From the NCBI GenBank assembly GCA_965197585.1, contig OZ240215.1, positions 3,264,001 to 3,328,000 on the forward strand: a stretch of DNA of 64,000 nt, given 5' to 3'. The DNA is from Dehalococcoidia bacterium. GTDB lineage: Bacteria > Chloroflexota > Dehalococcoidia > Plut-88900. The first letter of the stretch is position 1. Every line of letters starts with the position of its first letter. The notes beneath the pieces are model-generated. The model saw only the letters and a program-made list of their open reading frames with translations, did not search any database and was not told the origin of the DNA. This document shows positions 40,803 through 50,800 of the stretch, piece by piece. The position numbers were made by a program, and so were the translations under genes.

Positions 40803-41984
40803 CTAGTTGAATTTATAGACCCGGGCAGCGTTTTCGCAGACGATTTTTCGGACTACCTCTTCCGGCAGGTGCCCGAGCCCCTCTTGGATCGCCTTCCGGG
40901 AGTCGGGGAAGACCCCGTCCTGGTGCGGGTAGTCGGAACCCCACATGATGTTGTTGACTCCTATACGTTCGACTTGGTCCAGGGAAACGAGTTCCTCCTG
41001 GAACGTCGAATAACCCTGACGCCTCCAGTAGTCGGTAGGAGCATGAGGAAGCTCGAGATGGAAGAGGTGGTCTCTGTATTCGTTGTCAGTGCGCTCAAGC
41101 ACGTAGGGCAGCCACCCTATACCACACTCCCCTAGTACGAAGTTGAATCCCGGATATCTCTCGCAGGCGCCAGATAGAAGGACGCTCACCAGGAACTCCG
41201 CCCCTGATAGCTGAAACAGGATATACAGGAGGCCCGTGTCCACCCACTCGTACTTTTTCTGCTCCGCCGCGTTGGTCTTGGCATAGCTCAAGCCGATGCT
41301 GTGGAAGGAGATGGGCATTTCGCACTCGGCAGAGGTGTCCCAAAGCACGTCCCAGTCCTCGTGATAGATTGGCTCTATCATCTGGGATACGTTGATCTCC
41401 GCACCCTTCAGCCCCAACTCTGCCGCTCTCCTCAGCTGCAGCGCCGAGACCTGGGGGTCGTGGGACGTGATGCAGGCCAGACCAGCCAGCCTCTGTTCAT
41501 AACCCGTGACAAGCTCAGCGACGTACTCGTTGTATACGTCGTATATGGTTGTTAGGGTTTCCGCCTCGGGACCGGGGGTGGTGACCATGCCATCGCCTAA
41601 TCCGAGTACACCCCCGCCTATGCCGAGTATGCCGTAGATGACCTCGGCGTCAATTCCGTCGATGTCCTGGTCCTTAACGCGTAGCTCGGGGTCCGCTGGA
41701 TGATAGATGGCATTGGAGACCCCTTCGAAGAATCCCGCTTTCGCCATGCGGTCGAGGCGGACGTCTTCACCGGACACGTAGGCTTGGCCTACTTGAATGC
41801 CTGCGCTGCCGAAGCCTACGGCGCAGAACTCCCGGCCCTGTACGAACCAATAGTCGCCGCGGTCCAGCGTTTGGACGTTCGGCATGTGAGGTTTCTGAGA
41901 CTCGGGGGCCCGTGAAACGAACAGATCAGGGGGCAGCCAGTGCAAGTCCAGGTGTGTGTCTGCAGAAATAATCTTGTAGGCCAT
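40803..41984 (-). CDS. Amidohydrolase family protein (paralog 1)
   Basis: ISADTH, DQDIDGIDAEVIY, ISFH, GECGIGW, WGSDYPH. Confidence 0.9.
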   Translation of the reverse strand: MAYKIISADTHLDLHWLPPDLFVSRAPESQKPHMPNVQTLDRGDYWFVQGREFCAVGFGSAGIQVGQAYVSGEDVRLDRMAKAGFFEGVSNAIYHPADPELRVKDQDIDGIDAEVIYGILGIGGGVLGLGDGMVTTPGPEAETLTTIYDVYNEYVAELVTGYEQRLAGLACITSHDPQVSALQLRRAAELGLKGAEINVSQMIEPIYHEDWDVLWDTSAECEMPISFHSIGLSYAKTNAAEQKKYEWVDTGLLYILFQLSGAEFLVSVLLSGACERYPGFNFVLGECGIGWLPYVLERTDNEYRDHLFHLELPHAPTDYWRRQGYSTFQEELVSLDQVERIGVNNIMWGSDYPHQDGVFPDSRKAIQEGLGHLPEEVVRKIVCENAARVYKFN

Positions 41985-42030
41985 TATGGTTCCTTTCGGT
42001 CTTTTCCAATCGGCCCTTCAATGCCTGGGG

Positions 42031-42059
42031 CCAGGTTCGAGTCCTGGCTCCGCATCCAA
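42031..42059 (+). repeat. Direct repeat of the tRNA-Gln 3' end (att-like)
   Basis: CCAGGTTCGAGTCCTGGCTCcGCAtCCAA matches 39932-39960 at 27 of 29 positions. Confidence 0.88.
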
Positions 42060-42133
42060 CCCCCACCGACAAACGAACGCAGTGAGCTTAAGCGCCTTCC
42101 GCCGGCTCCCACTTTTCGTTCACTACTTCCGCC

Positions 42134-43294
42134 CTAGTTGAACCTGTAGACCCGGGCCGCGTTTTCGCAAACGATTTTTCGGAGCACGTCTTCCGGCAAG
42201 TGCCCGAGCCCTTCCTGGATCGCCTTCCGGGAGTCTGGGAAGACTCCGTCCTGGTGAGGGTAGTCGGACCCCCACATGATGTTGTTGACACCTATACGTT
42301 CGACCTGGTCCAGCGAAACGAATTCCTGCTGGAACGTCGAATAGCCCTGCCGTTTCCAGTAGTCGGAAGGAGCTTGAGGAAGTCCTATATGGAAGAGGCG
42401 GTCCTTGTATTCGTTGTCAGTGCGTTCAAGGACGTAGGGCAGCCACCCGATCCCACACTCCCCTAATACGAAGTTGAATCCCGGATATTTCTCGCAGGCG
42501 CCCGATAGAAGGACGCTCACCAGGAACTCCGCCCCCGATAGCTGGAACAAGATATACAGGAGGCCAGTGTCCACCCACTCGTACCTTTCCCGCTCCGCCG
42601 CCTCGGGTTTCGCGTAATTGAGGCCCAGTGTATGGAAGGAGATGGGCATCTCGCACTCGGCGGCGGTGTCCCAGAGCACGTCCCAGTCCTCGTGATAGAT
42701 TGGCTTCCTCATCTGCGAAACGTTGACCTCTGCGCCTCTCAGTCCCAGCCCCGCCGCCCTCCGCAACTGCCGCGCCGAGACCTGGGGGTCGTAGGAGGTA
42801 ATGCAGGCTAGGCCAGCCATCCTCTGTTCATAACCCGTGACTAGCCCTGCAACGTATTCATTATAAATGTCGTATATGGTTGTGAGCGTTTCCGCCTCAG
42901 GCCCCGAGTCGATAAACATGCCTCCGCCGATTCCCAGAATGCCGTATATCACCTCCGCGTCAATCCCATCGATATTCTGGTCACTAACTCTGAGTTCGGG
43001 ATCTACAGGGTGATATATGCCCTCGGCCACCCCGTCGAAGAACCCGACCTCTGCCATCCGGTCCATATGGACCGATTCCCCCGGCGCATAGCCTTGGCCC
43101 TCGCGGACACCGGCGCTGTCGGACCCGACGGCGCAGAACTCGCTGCCCTGTACGAACCAATAGTTGCCGCGGTCCAGCGTTTGGACATTTGGCATGTGGG
43201 GTTTCTGCGCCTCGGGAGCCCGAGAGACGAACAGATCATGGGGCAGCCAGCGCAAGTCCATGTGTGTGTCTGCTGAGATAATCTCGTAAGCCAT
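42134..43294 (-). CDS. Amidohydrolase family protein (paralog 2)
   Basis: Same motifs, closely similar to 40803-41984 over the full length. Confidence 0.9.
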   Translation of the reverse strand: MAYEIISADTHMDLRWLPHDLFVSRAPEAQKPHMPNVQTLDRGNYWFVQGSEFCAVGSDSAGVREGQGYAPGESVHMDRMAEVGFFDGVAEGIYHPVDPELRVSDQNIDGIDAEVIYGILGIGGGMFIDSGPEAETLTTIYDIYNEYVAGLVTGYEQRMAGLACITSYDPQVSARQLRRAAGLGLRGAEVNVSQMRKPIYHEDWDVLWDTAAECEMPISFHTLGLNYAKPEAAERERYEWVDTGLLYILFQLSGAEFLVSVLLSGACEKYPGFNFVLGECGIGWLPYVLERTDNEYKDRLFHIGLPQAPSDYWKRQGYSTFQQEFVSLDQVERIGVNNIMWGSDYPHQDGVFPDSRKAIQEGLGHLPEDVLRKIVCENAARVYRFN

Positions 43295-43375
43295 GACGAC
43301 TCCTTTCGGTTCCCTCCAGGCGGCCCGTCAATGCCTGGGCCCGACTATCTTATGACTTCGCTAAATCAAGGCCCA

Positions 43376-44152
43376 TCAATGGAAGCGTGGGTCTCTCTTC
43401 TCCCGGAAGGCAGCGATGGCCTCGCTATGTTCCGGTGTCGCCATCGACCGGACGAATATTTCCGCCTCGTGGCGGTCTATGGAATCGAAGTCCTGGGCGA
43501 TAGAGTTGTCCCGGAGCATCCGTTTGGTCTCTGCTAGCTGCCAGGCCGGGGCCTCAGCGATGGATTGAGCTAGCGCGACGGCTTGGTCCGACACCTCTTC
43601 TTTCGGATAGGTCTCCAGTACCAGGCCCATGTCCTTGGCCTCTTGGCCCGTGAAGAACCGGCCGGTTAACATAACTTCGTTGGCTCGCTGAAGCCCGACA
43701 AGACGAGGCAGCGTGTGCGTGCTCCCGAGCTCCGGCGTGAGCCCCAGCCGCACGAATCGGAATGACAGCTTGGCGTCCGGAGCGGCCAGCCGAATGTCGC
43801 AGAGTAGCGTACAGGTTATGCCAAGCCCGACCGCTACCCCGTTTATGGCAGCGATGGTGGGCTTCGACATGGATCGCAGAGTCAGATACCAGAGGTCGGA
43901 TTCCCGGCTTGAATCGCCATCGGGTGCCGAGAGCTGGCGCTCGAAATTCGATATGTCCGCCCCCGAGCAGAACGCCCGACCCGCTCCTGTGAGCACTATC
44001 GCACCCACCGAATCATCGGTCTCCCAGGCCTCCAACTGCTCACGGACCTCAATTCCCATCTCGGGGATCATGGCGTTTAGCCTATCGGGCCGGTTGAATG
44101 TGATTATTCCGACTCGACCCTTCTGCTCGGCAGTAATATATTCGTGGCTCAT
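43376..44152 (-). CDS. Enoyl-CoA hydratase/isomerase family protein
   Basis: FNRPDRLNA, FCSGAD, NGVAVGLG, GLTPELG. Confidence 0.9.
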   Translation of the reverse strand: MSHEYITAEQKGRVGIITFNRPDRLNAMIPEMGIEVREQLEAWETDDSVGAIVLTGAGRAFCSGADISNFERQLSAPDGDSSRESDLWYLTLRSMSKPTIAAINGVAVGLGITCTLLCDIRLAAPDAKLSFRFVRLGLTPELGSTHTLPRLVGLQRANEVMLTGRFFTGQEAKDMGLVLETYPKEEVSDQAVALAQSIAEAPAWQLAETKRMLRDNSIAQDFDSIDRHEAEIFVRSMATPEHSEAIAAFREKRDPRFH

Positions 44153-44314
44153 TGACTGACCTCCCGGATTTGGCCCGTGTTTCGCTTACACCGTCTCGAC
44201 GTCCGGTAGTATAAGGCAGGACGTTGCGTTGCGGGTCACGCTTTTCCCTCACTGCACTTGATTTTCCAAAGGCCTCTTAGTGCCGTGGCCCTTGTCGTTG
44301 TATAATCTCCCCGA

Positions 44315-44389
44315 TCCCCGATAGCTCAATGGTAGAGCGAGCGGCTGTTAACCGCTAGGTTGCAGGTTCGAGCCCTGCTCGGGGAGCCA
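44315..44389 (+). tRNA. tRNA-Asn(GTT)
   Basis: Acceptor TCCCCGA/TCGGGGA, anticodon arm AGCGG-CTGTTAA-CCGCT, T-arm GCAGG-TTCGAGC-CCTGC, CCA; TATAAT just upstream. Confidence 0.96.
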
Positions 44390-44406
44390 ACCGCCTTCCA
44401 CGTGCC

Positions 44407-44673
44407 ATGTTCACCGTCTATGTGTTGCAAAGCTCGTCCACGCACAAGTTCTACACTGGACAAACTGGGGACTTGCAGCGCCGTCTTCTCGAGCATCAAT
44501 GCGGTTGTTCGACATATACAAAGGCCCGAGGCCCGTGGGTGTTGGTACACTCGGAAGACTGGGAGACGAGGAAGCAAGCAGTGGCCCGGGAGCGGTTCCT
44601 CAAGTCCGGGACTGGGCGGCACTGGCTCAAGCTCCATCTCAAAGGTAGAGCGAGTCCGCCCGAGGCGGATTAA
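44407..44673 (+). CDS. Small standalone GIY-YIG nuclease family protein
   Basis: VYVLQS...FYTGQT..LQRRLLEH...YTKARGPW...ARERFLKSGTGR. Confidence 0.9.
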   Translation: MFTVYVLQSSSTHKFYTGQTGDLQRRLLEHQCGCSTYTKARGPWVLVHSEDWETRKQAVARERFLKSGTGRHWLKLHLKGRASPPEAD

Positions 44674-44713
44674 CCGCTAGGTTGCAGGTTCGAGCCCTGC
44701 TCGGGGAGCCAAC
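44638..44713 (+). pseudogene. Partial tRNA-Asn copy with a palindrome replacing part of the anticodon arm
   Basis: 44638-44654 matches 44325-44341 (1 mismatch); 44670-44713 identical to 44348-44391; CGGCTG replaced by TCCGCCCGAGGCGGA; no 5' acceptor strand. Confidence 0.9.
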
Positions 44714-44753
44714 ACCCTCGCCCCTTCCTCTTGTGATCCTTAAGCCCTAACGC

Positions 44754-44789
44754 AATCGCCCCCCGGGCCCCGTGACCCGGCGGGCGATT
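44754..44789. terminator. GC-rich hairpin between convergent units (probable terminator)
   Basis: AATCGCCC-CCCGGG...CCCGG-CGGGCGATT; no clear U-tract. Confidence 0.5.
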
Positions 44790-44814
44790 CTTCGATCTCT
44801 ATCTTCGTCCTGCT

Positions 44815-47800
44815 CTAGCCCGAGAAGTATAGAACAAGCACCGCCAGCACGTCGTCCTTGCTGATCTCGCCGTCGAAGTAGTCGCTTACCGCTCGGATAG
44901 CTTCACTTCTCTCTATGCTCTCGTTCCTGTTGGCATCGTACTCGCTTAGCAGTTCCATTTGAGCCACACCCGAGCTCGTTGCCGCCTGCGCACTCTTACC
45001 AGTCCCGACTGCATCGTCGTAGCTGACCGTGGCCCGCAGGAATATGCCCGCGTCACTCTCTCCCGGCGTGTAGCTCGCCGACGTAGCTCCCTGGATGTCC
45101 GTCCACCCTGTGGAGCCGTTACTCGACTTCGCCCATTGCCAGGTTGCTCCCGTGACCCCGCCGTCGGGGTCCGACAGAGTTGCCGTGATCTCACTCCCGA
45201 CCTCCGGCGTCCTTGTCGAAAGCGTTACCGTACCGTCATCGTCTTCTGCGACTGCGGCTGCCGTCACGGCATTCGCGCTCTTCCCGGGGCCCACCGAGTC
45301 TGTGTAGCTCGCCGTGGCCCGCAGGTAGCTGCCCACATTGGCGGTCGTCGCCGTGTAGCTGTTGGACGTAGCATTCAATATGAACACCCAGTTTGACGTG
45401 CCGTTGCGGGACATCTCCCATTGCCAAGTGACTCTCCTTACACCGCCGTCGGGATCGTCGATCCTAGCCGTCACAATGTCCCCGGCTGTCGGCATCGTCT
45501 CCGACAGGGTCACCCTTCCGTCGTCGTCCAGTGCCACCGCCGCCGTCGTGACCGCTTCGGCACTCTTGCCTGGCCCCGCTGCATCTGTGTAGCTCGCAGT
45601 CGCCCGCAGGTAGCTCCTCACATCCGCCGCCACGGTGGTATACGTGGACGAATTTGCTCCTATTATTGTTCTCCAGTTCGTCGTCCCGTTGGAGGAGAAG
45701 GCCCACGTCCACGTGACACCTGTTACTCTGCCGTCGGGGTCCGACAACACCGCCGTTACCCTCTCGCCTACCTCTGGGCTCGAAGGGGACAGGGTCACCG
45801 ACCCGTCGTCGTCCTCCGTCACCGCCGCTGCCGTGATGACCTCCGCGGTCTTGCCGGCGCCCGCGGCATCGTCATAGATAACCGTGGCCCGCAGGTATTT
45901 GCCCAGGACGCCCGCAGCAACCGTGTATGTCGCTGAATTGGCGCCGGCTATGCTCGTCCAGTTGCTCGTGCCGTTGGAGGAGGTCGCCCATTGCCAGGTT
46001 GCTCTCGTGACCCCGCCGTCGGGGTCCGTCAGCGTAGCAGTTACCGTTTCCCCGACCGTCGGCTCCGTCGGAGACAGCGCCACTACCCCGTCGTCGTCCT
46101 CCACTACAGCCGACGTGGTTACCGCCTCTGCGCTTTTGTCCGTGCCGTCTCCGTCATCATAGCTCGCCGTGGCCCGCAGGAAGGTACCCACGTCCGCCTC
46201 AGCTGCCGTGTAGGTTGACAACGTGGCCCCCGGTATGTCCAGCCAACCCGAGGTACTGCTCTCCGAACTGGCCCACTGCCAGGTCAGGTTTCTTATGTTT
46301 CCGTCCGGGTCCGTCAACCTCGCCGTAACACTGTCACCCACTGCCACCCGGTCCGCACTCAGCGTCACCCTGCCGTCGTCGTCCGCCAGCACCGCCGCAG
46401 TGGTTCTCGCACTGGCGCTCTTGCCCCCGCCCTCGGGGTCCGAGTAGTAGGCCGTCGCCTGCACGTAGTAGCCCCTGTCCTCCGCATCGAGGATGTAGCT
46501 ATCCGAGTTCGTCCCGGGGATCGGCGTCCACCCCGTCAACCCGGTCTCCGACCTCTCCCACTCCCAGCTTACGCTTGTCGGATCGCCATCGGGGTCCGTC
46601 AACTCGGCAGTGATCCGGGCCCCGATGGTGCCCCGCGTGGGCGTCAGCTTCACCTCTCCCTCTTCGTCGACGTTGTACACGTCTACCGTCACGTCCAACG
46701 CGTCCATCTCCCTGCCGGAGCGCGCCGTCACCGTCAGCTCGTATACGTTGTCCTTGTCCGAGTCCGCGGGGGACTCGAAGTTGGGCGTCGACCTGAAGGA
46801 CAGCGCCCCGCGGCTGTTTATCGAGAAGTCGGAGGCGTCGGTTCCGCTGAGCCTCCAGCTGACGTTGCCGGAATTCGGCCCCAGCGCCGAGTAGTCCGCC
46901 ACCCTGTCCCTGCCCTTCTCCGGGAAGCTGATGCTTCCGCGTCCCACCGCCACCAGCCCCGTCCTGGACAGCGTCGGCGTCTCGTCCACGTCTATCACGT
47001 CGATCGTCACCCTGATTGTATCGGACCTGCCGGACGGGTCCACGGCCCTGACGGTCACGCTGTACCTGTTCTTGGTCTCGAAGTCCAACTCAGTCCCGGC
47101 CGCCACGCTGATTTGGCCGGTGCCCCGGTCGATTGTGAAGTAGCGTGTGTCGCCGCCACTCAGCGAGTACTCCAATGTGTCGCGTGTACCATTAGAACAG
47201 TCTTGGGGATCGACATCGCAGTCCACGGCCGTAACTGTGTCGCCCACGATGTTGTCGATTGCATCGTTGGAGAGTACATCCTCCCGCACTTCTTTCGTGA
47301 CGCTAGCGCCTTCGAACTCCGGAGCTTCGTTGTTTCCATCCTCCATTTCTACAATGTTCGCAGTCGGTTCTGATGCGACCTTTTTACTGCCTTCCCCGTC
47401 TGAGTAGCTGGCCACGGCGGTTAAAGTTGCCCCAACGTCGGTATTACCCGTAATTACCTTCGGAGTGTAGCGAGATGAAGTGGCGCCAGAGATTAAGCAG
47501 TCTGTATCATTGTCGACGGCGCAGGTATTAGTTGGTAAGCTGTCCGGATTGACGTTTCTGTACCACTGCCAACGAACGCTTTTTTCCCTGTCCGGATCGC
47601 TCAGGCTGGCCGTCAGCGGCGTCCTGACCTCCGGCTCCGTGTGCGACAACCTCACCGTTCCTTTCTCTCCCACGTTCTCAACGGTTATCTTCACCTTCAC
47701 AGAAGCCGTATTGCCCGCCTCATCGGCGGCCTGCACCGTGACTTCGTACACGTTGTTGCGGCCCGAGTCCGTCGCCGCTTCGTAGTCCGGCCCGCTCTTG

Positions 47801-50800
47801 AAAGTTAGAGTGCCATTGTCGAGGTTGAAGTCGTCGGCGTCCGTCCCGGCCAGCGTCCAGGTAAGGGTGGCGTTGTTGGTGCCTGCAGTATTGGGAGCTG
47901 TATCTTTTTCAGGGTCGTCGGCCAAAAAGGCGATGCTCAAGCTTGTAGTGGCGGCATCGGCGACCGATTCCCTATTACTGGAAACAACCAGCTCGGAGTG
48001 TGTGAATCCCGAGTCGAGGTCCCCTCCGGATGTTCCGGTTATATTGGCGACCGGTAAGGTCAGCACCGGAAGTTCGTTCACATCTTTGACGTTGATGGTA
48101 ACGGTTATGAGGTCCCTTGACTCGGCGCCTGTTGTGTCGGATGGGTCTCTGGCGGTAACCGTGACGGTATAAGACTCCTTTGTCTCGTGGTCCAAGTCTG
48201 TATCACGCTTGACCTTTATCTGCCCCGTTCTCTGGTCTATTTCGAACGAGGCGACATCGGTGCCACCTAACTCATAGGTCAAATTTTCCGGCCTCCCCCT
48301 GTCCCCAATGTCCGTAGCCGCAACCGGGGCGCCCACGTTGGTCCCCGCTCTAGCATTCTCGTTTACTTCCCTTGTAGTGGTTTCCACATCATCGCCGGTC
48401 TCCGGGTCCTGGAATTCGGGCGGACCCGATTCCTTCCACTGCGTCGTGTTGTTCGAGACGACATAGGCGCTCTTGCCTCCGTCATGCGCGTCCGTGTAGG
48501 TCACCGTCGCCCGCAGGTACATCCCTGTATCGTCATTTTTCGGGGTGTAGGTTGCCTGGCTCGCACCCTGTATGTCTGTGAATCCCCCGCTCCTGGATGA
48601 AGACCTGGCCCATTGCCATGCATCGCCGGATACACCCTCGTCGAGGTCCGTAAGGGTAGCCGTTAGCCCGGCCTCCTCCCTCGGCTGCTGGCTCAAGGCA
48701 ACCTTACCCTTCTCGTCCACGTTAATGATGGCGATCGTTATGTCCTCAGTGTCGGTGTGGGCGGTATTGCCGTCACTCGCATTCACTATAACCGAGTACG
48801 CATTCTCATCCTCGTAGTCTGGAGATTCTCTGAACCTCAAAACGCCGCGGACAAGCGTGAACTCGTCTGCATCGGTCCCTGTCAAGGTCCACTCTATGCT
48901 CCTTCCCTCGGGGTCATCCGCCCTGTACGTAGCTACGGTGCCCCTGCCGTTCTCCGCGTAGTATATGTACACGTCTCCCGACGTGATTGACGGCGCGTCG
49001 TCCACGTCATCCACCACTATGGTCAGGGAATGGGTGTCCCTTGCCCCGCTGGGGTCCTCCGCTGTTACCGTAACCCTGTAGCTGGACCTCTTCTCGTGGT
49101 CTAGCACGGCCCTCGTTTTGATCTGCCCCGTATCCTGCTCAATCGAGAAGGCCGAATCGCCGCCGCTGATTGAATACGTCAAATCATCGTTGTCCGGGTC
49201 CTCTGCCCTCACCTCCCCATCGACATTCTCTCTCACCGGCTCGTTCTCGCGTATGGTCAGACTGGCCGGTGCCGCGGTGAACCTTGGGCTTTGATTCCCA
49301 CCGGACGGCCGATCATCAACACTGGCCTTACTGTCAACAGACAATGTCTGCCTTTCGCCCGTTCCGTCGGTGTAGGTGACACTCACCTCCAACGTCCTGT
49401 TTATATCTGCTGTCTTTGGGGTATAGGCATTGGCCCTGGACTCAACGTTGGTGCTTATTTTCCAAGTCCAGATCAGGTTGCTTATCGGTGTGTCGGGGTC
49501 CGTCAAAGTGGGAGTTATTCTGGTCCCCACCTGCGGGTACAGGTTGGACACGGTCAATAGCCCCGGTTCATCCTCATTCTCGACGTGTACGGTCACGTCC
49601 CGGGTTGTCTTATTGCCTCCCCTGTCCGTGACCTCCACCGTCACCTCGTACACGTTGTCCCGGTCCGAGTCCGTCGGCGCTTCGTAGTCCGGGGCCTCCC
49701 TGAAGGTCAGCCGGCCATGCTCGTCGGCGAGGTTGCCGATGGAGAACCTGGCCGCATCCCGGCCCGAGAGCGACCACTTCAGAGACGCAGGGTTATCGCC
49801 GTCCGGGTCTTCGGCCTCATAGCTGGACACCTCCGTGCCAATGGACGTGTTCTCATCATAATCTACCGAAGTGCTTCCCGCCGTGATTATCGGGGCTTCG
49901 TCCACGTCCGTAACCGTGATGGTCACGCCTATTTCGGCACTTCCACCGGACGGGTCCGTAGCCTTGACCGATACCGAGTGTGTGCTCCCGCCCGTAGCTT
50001 CGTAGTCCAGCGCAGCCTTCACCCTTATCTGCCCCGTCCCGCTGTCTATGTCGAAGTTTCTGTCGTCGGCGCCCGACAACACGTAGGTCAGGGTTTCCTG
50101 CCGTCCGTCGAAGCCCGGGTCCGTTGCCGTCACCGGCGCACCCACCACCGTCCCCGCCTCCGAGTTCTCCGCCACGCTCCTGGTTGTGCGCGTTATAACT
50201 TTCCCATTCTCATCCAGGAATCTGGGAGCTTTGTTGCTGGGGTCCGCCTGCACCGGGTTGACCGAGATGGCCTCGGCCGTCTTCTTGGGCTCGCACGGCT
50301 CGCAGTGACCGTCTTGGTAGGTCGCCGTCGCCCGGAGGTACATCCCCACGTCGTCTTCCGTCGGAGTGTAGGAGGGCTCCGTCCCCTCCACTTTCATCGT
50401 CGTGCTTGCATCGTCTTTGACGTCCGTCCAGCCCCCCGTCGCCCGAGTCGAACGCGACCATTGCCACGCTGTGTTGGCATCGCTGGTCAAGCCGATAGTG
50501 GTGACGGGGAAGGTGCGCGTGCCTGTGACCCGTGGGCCGTCCGCGTCCGTAAGCGTCGCAGTTATATCCACGCTCTCCTGGGGCTGCAGTGTGGAGAGAT
50601 CAACCTCTCCATCCTCATCCACGTTCGTCACCGACACCCTTATTGTCTTGGTGACGGGCCGAATAACAGGACGTAGGGATGCTCTGTTAGTGTCAGTAAT
50701 AAAGTCTGCATCGGTGTCCGTGGCCCGGATCGTCACCGCGTACATGTTGTTTGTGTCGGCGTCCACCGGGGCCTCGTAGTCCGGCGTATTGACGAACGTC

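Noticed and set aside
44638-44713. Second functional or intron-containing tRNA-Asn
   Set aside because: 5' acceptor strand missing and anticodon stem sequence replaced, so removing the insert would not restore a tRNA
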